Positions 36,495 to 46,473 of a DNA stretch of 64,000 bases are shown here, piece after piece. The position numbers and the translations under genes were made by a program. The notes under the pieces were generated by a model. It worked only from the letters and a program-made list of their open reading frames with translations. It did not search any database and was not told the origin of the DNA. Source of the stretch: an uncultured Bifidobacterium sp. (lineage in GTDB: Bacteria > Bacteroidota > Bacteroidia > UKL13-3); assembly GCA_964529175.1 (NCBI GenBank), contig CAZGVO010000010.1:127933-191932 (forward strand). The letters are read 5' to 3'. Position 1 is the stretch's first letter; every line of letters begins with the position of its first letter.

Positions 36495-37322
36495 ATGAAT
36501 CAAACAGCAACAAAAAAAGAAGAAAGTAAAGCGGGGAGTATTTTTGCTTCGCTTGCAATTCCAATGTTAGTAGTAGTAGGTTTTTTACTATGGAAATTTG
36601 TATTGGGTAGCCCAAGTAATTTTGCCGATGGTGTAACTCGCCACACGCCAGTTAAAGAAGGTATTGGCTCAACATTAGGATTAATTTATTTAGGTGGATT
36701 TATTGTACCTATCTTATTATCGTTGGTATTAATGAGTATTACTTTCTCAATCGAGCGTTTTTTAACTATTAGCAAAGCATCAGGTAAAGGTTCTACTGAA
36801 AGTTTTGTACGTAAAGTAAAAACTCAACTTTCTGCTGGAAATGTTGATGCTGCTATTAAAGAGTGTGATGCACAGCAAGGTTCAGTAGCTAACGTTGTTA
36901 AAGCTGCTTTGAAAAAATACAAAGAAATGGAAGGCGAAAGTTCAATGGAAAAAGACCAAAAGATTTTAGCTATTCAAAAAGAATTAGAAGAAGCAACATC
37001 GTTAGAATTACCAATGTTAGAAAAAAACTTAGTAATTATTGCTACAATGGCTTCGGTATCTACGTTAGTTGCGTTATTAGGAACGGTATTAGGTATGATC
37101 AAGGCGTTCTCGGCTTTAGGTAATGCTGGTGCTCCTGATTCAACAGCTTTAGCTATTGGTATTTCTGAGGCGCTTATTAATACAGCTTTAGGTATTGGTA
37201 ACTCTGCTATCGCAATTATTATGTATAACGTATTTACAACTAAAATTGATAAAATTACTTATACAATTGACGAAGCTGGTTTCACTATTGTTCAAAACTT
37301 TGCAGCAGCACACAAACGCTAG
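36495..37322 (+). CDS. exbB: MotA/TolQ/ExbB proton channel family protein
   Basis: C-terminal three-TM MotA_ExbB core (LGTVLGMIKAF, ISEALINTALGI). First gene of an ExbB-ExbD-ExbD-TonB cluster. Confidence 0.85.
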   Translation: MNQTATKKEESKAGSIFASLAIPMLVVVGFLLWKFVLGSPSNFADGVTRHTPVKEGIGSTLGLIYLGGFIVPILLSLVLMSITFSIERFLTISKASGKGSTESFVRKVKTQLSAGNVDAAIKECDAQQGSVANVVKAALKKYKEMEGESSMEKDQKILAIQKELEEATSLELPMLEKNLVIIATMASVSTLVALLGTVLGMIKAFSALGNAGAPDSTALAIGISEALINTALGIGNSAIAIIMYNVFTTKIDKITYTIDEAGFTIVQNFAAAHKR

Positions 37323-37385
37323 TTTTATTTGCAATTAATAATTGCATATTTAAATTTTATAATTTTAAAAAAATAAAACAGACAA

Positions 37386-37982
37386 ATGGCTAAAGTAAAA
37401 GTACCTCGTAAGAGCACATCGGTTGATATGACCGCAATGACTGACGTTGCGTTCCTATTGTTAACATTTTTTATGTTAGCTACACAGTTTAAACCCGATG
37501 AACCAGTTCAGGTGTTAACGCCATCTTCTGTTGCCGAAATTCCACTTCCTGATGTTGATGTAATGCTTATTACCATTAGTAAAGACAATAAAGTTTTCTT
37601 TGATTTACAAGGAGAACAATATAAAATGACTTTATTAGATAAAATGGGTAAAAAGTATAAAATTCAATTCACTGAGGACGAAAAGAAAAAATTTGCAAAT
37701 ATGAGTAGCTTTGGTTTACCAATTGCTCAGTTGCAACAATACATTAACTTAAGTCCAGATAAGAGAAAAGACGTTCAATCAACAGGAATTCCTTATGATT
37801 CGTTAAATAACGAGCTAGGCGAGTGGATAATACAAAGTAGATATACCAATAATGGTGTACGCGTTGCTATTAAAGGCGATAGAGAGGTTAGTTACCCTGC
37901 AATAAAACAAGTAATTAGAACCCTTCAAGATAAAGATGTAAATAGATTCAATTTTATTACATCAATGGAAGGTGGTCAATAA
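37386..37982 (+). CDS. exbD: ExbD/TolR family biopolymer transporter
   Basis: N-terminal DMTAMTDVAFLLLTFFML single TM with the conserved Asp. Confidence 0.8.
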   Translation: MAKVKVPRKSTSVDMTAMTDVAFLLLTFFMLATQFKPDEPVQVLTPSSVAEIPLPDVDVMLITISKDNKVFFDLQGEQYKMTLLDKMGKKYKIQFTEDEKKKFANMSSFGLPIAQLQQYINLSPDKRKDVQSTGIPYDSLNNELGEWIIQSRYTNNGVRVAIKGDREVSYPAIKQVIRTLQDKDVNRFNFITSMEGGQ

Positions 37983-38004
37983 TTTTAAAGAAAGGAATTA
38001 AATA

Positions 38005-38661
38005 ATGGCAGAAATAGAAGGTGGCGGAGGTGGCCATAAAAAAGGTGGAAAACCAAAAGGTAAGAAACTTTCAACTAGGGTAGATTTTACTCCAATGGTT
38101 GATTTGGGTTTTTTATTGATTACCTTTTTTATGTTAACAACCTCGCTTAACAAACCAAAAACAATGGAACTGAATATGCCTGTTAAAGATCCCACAGCTG
38201 ATCCAACCCCAGTGAAAGTATCTCAAACAGTAACTGTTCTATTAACAGGTAATGACCAAGTAATGTATTATTTTAGTGATCCTGTAACATTAGATCCAAT
38301 GACTCCACAAATTACTGATTACAGTGCTGGTGGAATTAGACCAATGTTATTGGGCGAAAATAGAAAGCGAGTTCCTAATATAGATTCAGTGCAAGTTTAT
38401 AAAGATTTATTCAAAATAAACAAAATGTCTGAAGCAGATATGAAAGCTAATATTTCACGATTAAAATCTGATAAAGAAGGTTTAATTGTAATTATAAAAG
38501 CGGATGATAATGCTAAATTTAGTAATATAGTTGATATACTTGACGAAATGCTAATTTGTAATATTGGACGTTATGCTATAGTAGATATTTCGGAACCTGA
38601 AAAGGAATTAATAAAAAGTTCTGCTCCTTTATTGGAAGCAGCTTTAAAAGAAAAAAAATAA
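38005..38661 (+). CDS. exbD: ExbD/TolR family biopolymer transporter (second copy)
   Basis: DFTPMVDLGFLLITFFML motif and a C-terminal ADDNAKFSNIVDILDE segment. Confidence 0.8.
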   Translation: MAEIEGGGGGHKKGGKPKGKKLSTRVDFTPMVDLGFLLITFFMLTTSLNKPKTMELNMPVKDPTADPTPVKVSQTVTVLLTGNDQVMYYFSDPVTLDPMTPQITDYSAGGIRPMLLGENRKRVPNIDSVQVYKDLFKINKMSEADMKANISRLKSDKEGLIVIIKADDNAKFSNIVDILDEMLICNIGRYAIVDISEPEKELIKSSAPLLEAALKEKK

Positions 38662-38664
38662 CAC

Positions 38665-39465
38665 ATGGCAAATACAAGTATTTTTGATAATAATTGGGTT
38701 AATATGGTCTTTGAAGGCCGTAACCAACAATATGGTGCCTTTGTGTTGCGTAAAAAAAGTAGCAACTATACCATTAAAGGTATCATATTTTCTATTATTG
38801 GATTTTCTTTGGCAATTGCAGCACCAGTTATTATTAACTATGTAAAATCGCAAATACCAAAAGAGAATATTATAGTAGAGGCTGAGGTAACTAAGTTAGA
38901 TGCGCCACCACCAATGGATGAGGATGCACCACCACCACCACCACCACCGCCACCACCACCTCCGGTTAAGAGTACCATTAAATTTACTCCACCTGAGATT
39001 AAGAAGGATGAGGACGTAACAGAACCACCTCCAACTCAAGTAGAGTTAGAGAAAGTAGATGCGGGTTCACAAACTGTAGTAGGTGATCCAGATGCTAAGG
39101 AGGTTTTAATTGAGCCATCTGGTGATGGAAATGGTGAAGGTGAAATTTTGTTAGAAGCCGAAGTTCCAGCTGAATTTCCTGGAGGAGAAGATAAAATGAA
39201 TGAGTATTTAGCTCAAGCGGTTGAATATCCTCCAATGGCCAAAGAAAATAATATTGAAGGAAGAGTTGTTCTTAGATTTGCTGTAATGGCAGATGGTAGA
39301 ATAGACAAAATTGAGGTCTTAAATAAGCCTGCTTTAGGATGGGGCTGTGAGGCCGCAGTTGAAAAAGCAGTTAAAAATATGCCAAAGTGGAGTCCAGGTC
39401 GCCAAGCAGGTAGAGCTGTACCAGTTTATTTTACTTTACCTTTCGTATTTAGATTAGATCAATAA
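38665..39465 (+). CDS. tonB: Energy transducer TonB
   Basis: N-terminal TM anchor, Pro-rich spacer, C-terminal TonB_C (PEFPGGEDKMNEYL...YPPMAKENNIEGRVVLRF). Confidence 0.85.
   Translation: MANTSIFDNNWVNMVFEGRNQQYGAFVLRKKSSNYTIKGIIFSIIGFSLAIAAPVIINYVKSQIPKENIIVEAEVTKLDAPPPMDEDAPPPPPPPPPPPPVKSTIKFTPPEIKKDEDVTEPPPTQVELEKVDAGSQTVVGDPDAKEVLIEPSGDGNGEGEILLEAEVPAEFPGGEDKMNEYLAQAVEYPPMAKENNIEGRVVLRFAVMADGRIDKIEVLNKPALGWGCEAAVEKAVKNMPKWSPGRQAGRAVPVYFTLPFVFRLDQ
38929..38964 (+). repeat. Run of 12 consecutive proline codons, mostly (CCA)n, inside tonB
   Basis: cca x6, ccg, cca x3, cct, ccg, read directly. Confidence 0.9.
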
Positions 39466-39486
39466 GTAATAATAAAATAATATAGA

Positions 39487-39527
39487 ATAAGCTTGCTAAA
39501 CATTAGTTTAGCAGGCTTATTTTATTT
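39487..39527 (+). terminator. Rho-independent terminator after tonB
   Basis: 15-bp stem ataagcttgctaaac/gtttagcaggcttat (one G-U pair) followed by a T-run. Confidence 0.8.
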
Positions 39528-39545
39528 AGAACATAACCTGAAATT

Positions 39546-39761
39546 ATGAGTTTAGACGAAATTAGAGAAGAACGCGAAAATAAAGTTGGCAATATTGTAA
39601 AATATTTTGGAGCAATTATGGGTTTATTTTACTTGGTACTTGGCGCTAGTATTTTATTCGATAAAGTTCCTTTAATAGTAAGTAATTGGGTAAAATACAC
39701 TTTGGGTATTGCCATGTTTTTATATGGAATTTTTAGATTAGTTCGAATCGCTAAAAAATAA
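39546..39761 (+). CDS. Small two-helix membrane protein
   Basis: 71-aa ORF with two hydrophobic helices. Well-spaced ATG after the terminator. Confidence 0.4.
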   Translation: MSLDEIREERENKVGNIVKYFGAIMGLFYLVLGASILFDKVPLIVSNWVKYTLGIAMFLYGIFRLVRIAKK

Positions 39762-39784
39762 AATTACAAACAGTTGATAATAAA

Positions 39785-40831
39785 ATGATTAGAAATCCTA
39801 AACCTATACATATAGCCTTATTGGTTTCAAGTATTATAGCTACTGTGGTGGCTTTAGTAATGTATTTTATTTTAGATTCAAGTATTATCAATGTAATTAT
39901 CATATTTACACTTACATCTGGTTTATCGTTTTTCTTATTTTTTTATACACTTGAATTTTTTATTTACAGAAAAATTAAGTTGATATATAAAACTATTCAT
40001 AGCTTAAAAACCCAAAAGTATGATGCCGTACTTGAAAATTTTGATTGGGATAAAGACCCTATTTTTGAAATGAGTAAAGAGGTAATTAATTGGGCTAGAG
40101 ATAAAAAAATGGAAATTGACCAACTGAAAAAAGTGGCTGATTTTAGAAAAGAGTTTTTAGGAAATGTAAGTCATGAATTAAAAACACCTATTTTTAGCAT
40201 TCAAGGTTACTTACATACTTTGTTAGATGGAGCCATGGACGACCCTGAGGTGAATACAAAATTTTTAAAAAAAGCAGCAAAAAGCACCGATAGATTAAGT
40301 GATTTAGTAGCTGATTTACTTGAAATATCGAAGTTAGAAAGTGGTGAACTTCAAATGAATGAAGAATTATTTGATATCAATTCATTAACCAAAGATGTGT
40401 ATGAACAGTTTGAAGTTAAAGCCAAAGAAAAAGGAATTGAGCTTACCATAAAAGAGGGTTGTAATAAACCATTTATGGTTTTAGCTGATAAATATAGAAT
40501 TAGAACTGTTTTGGTTAATTTGGTAGGTAACTCGCTTAAATATGGCAAACCTAATGGATTTACCTCTGCTGCTTATTATGTAATGGGCGATAATATTTTG
40601 GTAGAAATAGCCGATACTGGCGAAGGTATAAGTCAAGAATATTTGCCACGTATTTTTGAAAGATTTTACCGTGTTGATAAAAGCAGAACCAGAAATGATG
40701 AAGTTGGAGGAACTGGTTTAGGTTTGGCTATTGTAAAACACATTATAGAGGCTCATCAACAAACAGTTAATGTGCGCAGTACCATTGGTCAAGGTACCAC
40801 TTTTGGGTTTACACTTAAAGCTGCACAGTAA
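39785..40831 (+). CDS. Sensor histidine kinase (PhoR-like), no adjacent response regulator
   Basis: Two N-terminal TM helices, H-box SHELKTP, N-box LVGNSLKY, G-boxes DTGEGI and GTGLGLAIV. Confidence 0.85.
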   Translation: MIRNPKPIHIALLVSSIIATVVALVMYFILDSSIINVIIIFTLTSGLSFFLFFYTLEFFIYRKIKLIYKTIHSLKTQKYDAVLENFDWDKDPIFEMSKEVINWARDKKMEIDQLKKVADFRKEFLGNVSHELKTPIFSIQGYLHTLLDGAMDDPEVNTKFLKKAAKSTDRLSDLVADLLEISKLESGELQMNEELFDINSLTKDVYEQFEVKAKEKGIELTIKEGCNKPFMVLADKYRIRTVLVNLVGNSLKYGKPNGFTSAAYYVMGDNILVEIADTGEGISQEYLPRIFERFYRVDKSRTRNDEVGGTGLGLAIVKHIIEAHQQTVNVRSTIGQGTTFGFTLKAAQ

Positions 40832-40903
40832 AAAATACTAACACTTTATACATACTGCTATTTTTGTGGCTTTTTAAAGCAAAAATAATTTATAATTGCA
40901 AGT

Positions 40904-41224
40904 ATGAGTAACGAACCTATTAACGAATCAAACCAATTAAATATTGAATTAAGCGAAGAAATGGCTGAAGGAATTTATGCCAATTTAGCTATAATAACTC
41001 ATAGTAACAGCGAGTTTGTGCTTGATTTTGTGCGTATAATGCCAGGAGTGCCAAAAGCCAAAGTTAAATCGCGTATTGTACTAACACCTGAACACGCAAA
41101 ACGTTTATTATTAGCACTAGGCGATAATGTTAGAAAATACGAAGATCAAGTAGGTGAAATTAACTTACCTGATATGATGCCTCCTTTCCCTATGAATTTT
41201 GGTGGTCCAACTGGGCAAGCATAA
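40904..41224 (+). CDS. DUF3467 domain-containing protein
   Basis: YANLAIITHSNSEFVLDF...P...V.SRIVL.PEHAKRLL pattern recalled from DUF3467. Confidence 0.65.
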   Translation: MSNEPINESNQLNIELSEEMAEGIYANLAIITHSNSEFVLDFVRIMPGVPKAKVKSRIVLTPEHAKRLLLALGDNVRKYEDQVGEINLPDMMPPFPMNFGGPTGQA

Positions 41225-41371
41225 ATAATTTATCTATATACAAAATTTTTGATTTAAAGATAAAATAATTTTTAATTTTTTTAGTAAGTTGTAATATTAA
41301 CTAATTGAATTAAAATAGGTTAGAAGTAAATTATCTGAGATTTTAAATATCTTTTAGCAAAAAGCATTTTT

Positions 41372-42922
41372 ATGAAAGAACAGTTTATTGAACAAATAAA
41401 AGCTGGATATACATTTAAAGGTGAGTGCATTCAGTTAGGAGCAGCCATGTTAAATGGCGAAGTAATAGCAGATTGTGCCATCAATTTACCTTTAAAAACC
41501 TTAAATCGACATGGTTTAATAGCTGGTGCTACGGGTACAGGCAAAACCAAAACATTGCAAACCATAGCCGAAGGCTTAAGCGATGCTAGTGTTCCAGTTT
41601 TGCTAATGGATATAAAAGGTGATTTAAGTGGAATAGCTGCGCAAGGTACTGTAAATGATAAAATTACCGAAAGGTATCAAAAAATTGGATTAAATTATAA
41701 TCCTCAATCATACCCTGTTGAATTACTTTCGCTTAGCAAGCAAAAAGGTGTTAAATTAAAAGCCACTGTTAGTGAATTTGGTCCAATTTTATTATCAAAA
41801 ATTTTAGATTTAAACGAAACCCAAGCTGGTTTTGTAGCTATGATTTTTAAGTTTTGCGATGATGCGCAATTACCTTTATTAGATTTAAAAGATTTTATTA
41901 AAGTATTACAGTACATTAGTAATGAAGGTAAGGCTGAAATGGAAAAGGATTATGGCAAAATTTCAACCACTTCTACTGGTACTATTTTACGTAAAATAAT
42001 AGAGCTACAACAACAAGGAGCTGATAGCTTTTTTGGTGAAAAAAGCTTTGAAGTAGATGATTTGATGGGCATTAGCGATGATGGGAGAGGTGTAATTTCT
42101 ATTTTACGTGTAACCGATATTCAAGATAAGCCCAAATTATTCTCTACATTTATGTTGAGTTTATTGGCCGAACTTTATGCTACATTGCCCGAAGAGGGCG
42201 ATATGGATAAACCAAAATTGGTATTATTTATTGATGAAGCACATTTAATTTTTCAAGAGGCAAGCGAAGCGCTTTTGCAACAAATTGAAACCATTATTAA
42301 ATTGATTCGCTCAAAAGGTGTGGGTATTTTCTTTTGTACCCAAAATCCAGCTGATGTGCCTGCTTCAGTGCTTGGTCAGTTAGGTTTAAAAGTTCAACAT
42401 GCATTGCGTGCTTTTACTGCTAACGATAGAAAAACAATTAAGCAAACGGCCGAAAATTATCCTTTTTCTGATTTTTATAAAACTGATGAGTTAATTACTC
42501 AATTGGGAATGGGTGAGGCTTTGATTACTTGCTTAAATGAAAAAGGAATTCCTACACCCTTGGCTGCTACCATGCTTTGTGCGCCTAAGTCAAGAATGGA
42601 TATTTTAACTGATGCCGAAATAGATGCCTTGGTTTCAAAATCTCGCATTGTGGCTAAGTATAATCAAAATATTGATAGTGAAAGTGCTTACGAAATTTTA
42701 AATGCCAAATTAGAACAAGCAGCAGCTCAAAGTCAAGCGCAAGTTGAGGAGCAAAAAGAGGTAAAGGCTAATAGAAACGAAAAATCAACTTTAGAACAAA
42801 TATTAAGTAGCCCTGTAACCAAACAAGTAGGCCGAACTGCTGCGCAAATTATAACTCGTAGCTTATTAGGTGCTTTAGGTTTGGGAGGAAAATCTACTAA
42901 AAAGTCAAGTTCTTGGTTTTAA
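41372..42922 (+). CDS. HerA-like helicase domain protein (DUF853/YjgR family)
   Basis: Walker A GATGTGKTK, Walker B LFIDEAH, 516 aa with a basic C-terminal tail. Confidence 0.8.
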   Translation: MKEQFIEQIKAGYTFKGECIQLGAAMLNGEVIADCAINLPLKTLNRHGLIAGATGTGKTKTLQTIAEGLSDASVPVLLMDIKGDLSGIAAQGTVNDKITERYQKIGLNYNPQSYPVELLSLSKQKGVKLKATVSEFGPILLSKILDLNETQAGFVAMIFKFCDDAQLPLLDLKDFIKVLQYISNEGKAEMEKDYGKISTTSTGTILRKIIELQQQGADSFFGEKSFEVDDLMGISDDGRGVISILRVTDIQDKPKLFSTFMLSLLAELYATLPEEGDMDKPKLVLFIDEAHLIFQEASEALLQQIETIIKLIRSKGVGIFFCTQNPADVPASVLGQLGLKVQHALRAFTANDRKTIKQTAENYPFSDFYKTDELITQLGMGEALITCLNEKGIPTPLAATMLCAPKSRMDILTDAEIDALVSKSRIVAKYNQNIDSESAYEILNAKLEQAAAQSQAQVEEQKEVKANRNEKSTLEQILSSPVTKQVGRTAAQIITRSLLGALGLGGKSTKKSSSWF

Positions 42923-42937
42923 AATATTAATAAAATT

Positions 42938-43480
42938 ATGCAAATTACAACTACCCCAATTGAAGGATTGTTAGTTATTCAACCTCAGGTTTTTAACGAC
43001 CCAAGAGGTTACTTTTACGAAAGTTATAATAAAGATAAATTTTTTGCTGCAGGCATAAAATTGGAATTTGTGCAAGACAATCAAAGCCTTTCGCAAAAGG
43101 GAATTGTACGTGGTTTGCACTTTCAAGCACCACCTTTTGATCAAGGTAAATTGGTACGTGTAATTCAAGGTGCGGTTATGGATGTAGCAGTTGATATCAG
43201 AAAAAATTCACCAACTTATGGACAACATTTTTCTATAAAATTATCAGCCGAAAATCAAACCATGTTTTTTATTCCGCCTGGTTTTGCTCATGGATTTGAA
43301 ACATTGGAAGACAATACCATTTTTTTATATAAATGTACCAATGTGTATAACAAAGAAAGTGAAGGCGGATTGCTTTGGAATGATAGTGATTTAGGAATAA
43401 AATGGCATAGCCAAGATCCATTAATAAGTGATAAAGACAAGGTATTACCAACTATAAAAAATTTTGTAAGTCCTTTTTAA
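42938..43480 (+). CDS. rfbC: dTDP-4-dehydrorhamnose 3,5-epimerase
   Basis: F.D.RG.F.E, RGLHFQ, KLVRV..G.V.DVAVDIR, PGFAHGF motifs. Confidence 0.92.
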   Translation: MQITTTPIEGLLVIQPQVFNDPRGYFYESYNKDKFFAAGIKLEFVQDNQSLSQKGIVRGLHFQAPPFDQGKLVRVIQGAVMDVAVDIRKNSPTYGQHFSIKLSAENQTMFFIPPGFAHGFETLEDNTIFLYKCTNVYNKESEGGLLWNDSDLGIKWHSQDPLISDKDKVLPTIKNFVSPF

Positions 43481-43490
43481 ACAGAAAACA

Positions 43491-44423
43491 ATGGAAAATA
43501 TTGATAATGAAGTAATTGCTTTAATTACTAAAATTAAAGAAAAATATAGCGCCCAAGGCCAAAATTTTAAAAGCTATTTAGAGGGTTTATTGTACCAAGA
43601 TTATACTCACTATTGGGATTACATTGCAGTTGATAGCTTGCTTACATTGCAAAAGCCTAAAACTTTAATTCCAGATGAGATGATATTTATAATTTATCAT
43701 CAAATTACTGAATTGTATTTTAAGCTCTCGTTGCACGAAATGGAGCAAATTGCTGCCGCAAAAAATAATATTTCAGTTGAATTTTTTACTGAAAGAGTAA
43801 GGCGCATAAATGCTTATTTTAAAAACTTGGCCAATAGTTTTGAAATAATGGTAGATGGCATGGAGCCTGAACAGTTTTTAAAATTTAGAATGAGTTTATT
43901 ACCTGCTAGTGGTTTTCAAAGTGCACAATACCGCATGATTGAAATGTATGCTACAAGTTTTGATAGATTAGTGGCTAAAGACAAACGCGAAGAATTAAAA
44001 GATAAGAGCATTGAAAAGCAATTTAAATACATTTATTGGCAAGCTGGAGCTACTGAAACTGATACTGGAAACAAAACTTTAACATTAACCAAATTTGAGC
44101 AAAAATATGGTGCAGAGTTATTACGTTTAGCAAATTCAAATAAGGAATGTAACCTTTGGGCAATTTATAAATCGTTGAACGATAGCGATAAACAAAACCA
44201 AGATTTAAGAACTGAACTGCGTAATTTAGATTTAAATGTAAATGTAAATTGGCCTTTAATGCACTATAAATCGGCAGTAAAATATTTACAAAAACCTAAA
44301 GAAGATGTGGCAGCAACAGGTGGAACTAACTGGCAAAAATACTTGCCTCCACGTTTTCAATTAAGAATTTTTTATCCTGAACTTTTTACTCAAGATGAGT
44401 TAACCAATTGGGGTAAGTTTTAA
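43491..44423 (+). CDS. Tryptophan 2,3-dioxygenase family protein
   Basis: YWDYIAVDSLLTLQKP...DEMIFIIYHQITELYFKL matches the TDO helix-B region. Confidence 0.7.
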   Translation: MENIDNEVIALITKIKEKYSAQGQNFKSYLEGLLYQDYTHYWDYIAVDSLLTLQKPKTLIPDEMIFIIYHQITELYFKLSLHEMEQIAAAKNNISVEFFTERVRRINAYFKNLANSFEIMVDGMEPEQFLKFRMSLLPASGFQSAQYRMIEMYATSFDRLVAKDKREELKDKSIEKQFKYIYWQAGATETDTGNKTLTLTKFEQKYGAELLRLANSNKECNLWAIYKSLNDSDKQNQDLRTELRNLDLNVNVNWPLMHYKSAVKYLQKPKEDVAATGGTNWQKYLPPRFQLRIFYPELFTQDELTNWGKF

Positions 44424-44528
44424 AATTAGATAATGAAATAGTACTATTGGATAAAATTGTTTTACAAAGCTATATTTTGTTAAAAACTGTTTTTTACCTT
44501 TATTTGAGCAATTAACCATAAAAAACGT

Positions 44529-44723
44529 ATGCGTAAAATATTTATATCATTATCAATCATAACATTGATAGCAAGTTGCACCAACGATGCACCTTTAAAT
44601 ACACAAGAAGAAAAAACAGTTGATAGCCTTGTAAACAATGAACAAGCAGCTAGCGACTCATTAATGAAAGCCATTCAGGCTGAAATAGGTGCGGATACCT
44701 TGTCTGAAGATAGCGTTGATTAA
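44529..44723 (+). CDS. Small acidic lipoprotein
   Basis: MRKIFISLSIITLIASC signal/lipobox. Preferred over the antisense ORF at 44480-44674. Confidence 0.4.
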   Translation: MRKIFISLSIITLIASCTNDAPLNTQEEKTVDSLVNNEQAASDSLMKAIQAEIGADTLSEDSVD

Positions 44724-44756
44724 TACCACACAACATAAACATCTTATCACACATAA

Positions 44757-45917
44757 GTGACAAATAATAAAGATATAGAATTAAGCATTGTAATGCCATG
44801 CTTAAACGAAGCGGAAACGCTTGCCATTTGTATAACTAAAGCCAATACTTGGTTAAAAAATAACAATGTAAAAGGCGAAGTTGTAATTGGTGATAATGGA
44901 AGTACTGATGGTAGCCAAGAAATAGCCAAAAACCTAGGTGCAAGAGTAATTGATATTCCACGAAAAGGTTACGGGAGTGCTTTAATGGGCGCTATTGAAG
45001 CCAGTTATGGTAAATATGTAATTATGGGCGATAGTGATGATAGTTACGATTTTGGTAACTTAACTCTTTTTGTTCAGGAGCTTCGCAATGGTTACGATTT
45101 GGTAATGGGAAACCGTTTTAAAGGTGGAGTAGCTAAAGGAGCTATGCCTTTTTTACATCGTTACCTTGGTAATCCTGTTTTATCTTTCATAGGACGGTTA
45201 TTTTTTGGAAGCAAAGCAGGCGATTTTCATTGCGGTTTGCGTGGTTTTAGACAAGATATTGTTTCGCTATTAAATTTACAAACAACAGGAATGGAGTTTG
45301 CGAGTGAAATGGTAGTTAAAGCAACCATCTTTAATTTAAAAATTACTGAAGTTCCAACTACACTTTCGCCAGATGGACGCTCTCGCCCGCCACATTTAAG
45401 AACCTGGCGAGATGGATGGAGACACTTAAGATTTTTACTATTATATAGCCCTAAATGGCTGTTTTTAATTCCTGGTATTTTCTTAATGTTATTGGGTTTT
45501 ATTATGGGTGTTTTTATCATTCAAGGTCCTGTTCATTTATTTAATATGTATCTCGATACCAACACATTGCTATATGCAGCTGCATTTGTAATTACTGGTT
45601 TTCAGGCCATAAATTTTGCTATTTTTACCAGAACATACGCCATTCAAGTTGGTTTTTTACCCCAAAACCAAACATTGAATAAAATGTATAAATATGTAAA
45701 CTTAGAATCGGCTTTAATAGTTGGTTTAATAGTTACAGCCTTAGGCATTGGTGGTTCGGTGTATTCGTTAATGATTTGGAATAAAGCCAACTTTGGTTAC
45801 TTGGATTATTCATCCATTTTGAGATTAGTAATACCTTCGGTGGTATGTATTATTATTGGTTTGCAAATTATTTTGTCGAGCTTTTTTTTAAGTGTACTTG
45901 GGGTGAATAAAAAATAG
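44757..45917 (+). CDS. Family 2 glycosyltransferase with C-terminal membrane domain (polyprenyl-phosphate sugar synthase-like, GtrB/ArnC/DPM1 type)
   Basis: IVMPCLNE, DNGSTDGS and GDSDDSYD (DxD) motifs followed by about 4 hydrophobic helices. GTG start immediately after an in-frame TAA. Confidence 0.85.
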   Translation: MTNNKDIELSIVMPCLNEAETLAICITKANTWLKNNNVKGEVVIGDNGSTDGSQEIAKNLGARVIDIPRKGYGSALMGAIEASYGKYVIMGDSDDSYDFGNLTLFVQELRNGYDLVMGNRFKGGVAKGAMPFLHRYLGNPVLSFIGRLFFGSKAGDFHCGLRGFRQDIVSLLNLQTTGMEFASEMVVKATIFNLKITEVPTTLSPDGRSRPPHLRTWRDGWRHLRFLLLYSPKWLFLIPGIFLMLLGFIMGVFIIQGPVHLFNMYLDTNTLLYAAAFVITGFQAINFAIFTRTYAIQVGFLPQNQTLNKMYKYVNLESALIVGLIVTALGIGGSVYSLMIWNKANFGYLDYSSILRLVIPSVVCIIIGLQIILSSFFLSVLGVNKK

Positions 45918-45919
45918 AA

Positions 45920-46471
45920 ATGAAGAAATTAGATATATATCTACAAAACGTAAGAATTTCGAAAGCTGAAAAGTTTATAACAAAAGGAAATAATGTATTA
46001 GACATTGGTACCGATGATGGTGTAATGTTTGAAAAATTAAGCCATTTAATTGATGCTGGTGTAGGAATTGAGCCCACTATTAGTAAAGTTGAAAATAAAG
46101 GCAAATACAAAATAATTCCTGGTTATTTTCCTGAAGCCTTGGCTAACGAAAATGCACCTTTATTTGACGCCATAACCATGCTTGCCGTTTTGGAACATGT
46201 GCCAACTGAAGAACAAAAACAGTTAGGCGAAAATTGTGCTAAATACTTAAAAAAAGGTGGTAAAGTAATTATTACAGTTCCTTCGCCTCAAGTAGATATA
46301 ATACTTGATATATTAGGTAAATTAAAATTAATTGATGGCATGCAATTGCATGAGCATTATGGTTTTAAACCAAGTGATACAGAAAAGATTTTTGCAAAAG
46401 ATTTTAAATTAATTTGTAAAAAAACATTCCAATTTGGGTTAAATAATTTATTTGTTTTCGAAAAAATATAA
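45920..46471 (+). CDS. Class I SAM-dependent methyltransferase
   Basis: Motif I VLDIGTDDG plus the acidic loop and LAVLEHV. 2-nt gaps to both neighbouring genes. Confidence 0.75.
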   Translation: MKKLDIYLQNVRISKAEKFITKGNNVLDIGTDDGVMFEKLSHLIDAGVGIEPTISKVENKGKYKIIPGYFPEALANENAPLFDAITMLAVLEHVPTEEQKQLGENCAKYLKKGGKVIITVPSPQVDIILDILGKLKLIDGMQLHEHYGFKPSDTEKIFAKDFKLICKKTFQFGLNNLFVFEKI

Positions 46472-46473
46472 TA

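Noticed and set aside
38571-38853. Minus-strand ORFs across the exbD/tonB junction.
   Set aside because: They are antisense to a conserved, tightly spaced ExbD-TonB operon.
39785-40831. Orphan histidine kinase considered as an unusual signalling module.
   Set aside because: Orphan PhoR-like kinases are common, and nothing in the sequence departs from a standard HisKA/HATPase layout.
41372-42922. HerA-like ATPase considered as part of a defence system.
   Set aside because: There is no adjacent nuclease, Sir2 or DUF4297 partner. The sequence fits the widespread stand-alone YjgR/DUF853 family, and the neighbours are housekeeping genes.
44480-44674. 64-aa minus-strand ORF overlapping the small lipoprotein ORF.
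   Set aside because: The plus-strand alternative has a convincing signal peptide and lipobox and matches the orientation of the downstream operon. Neither ORF is strongly supported.
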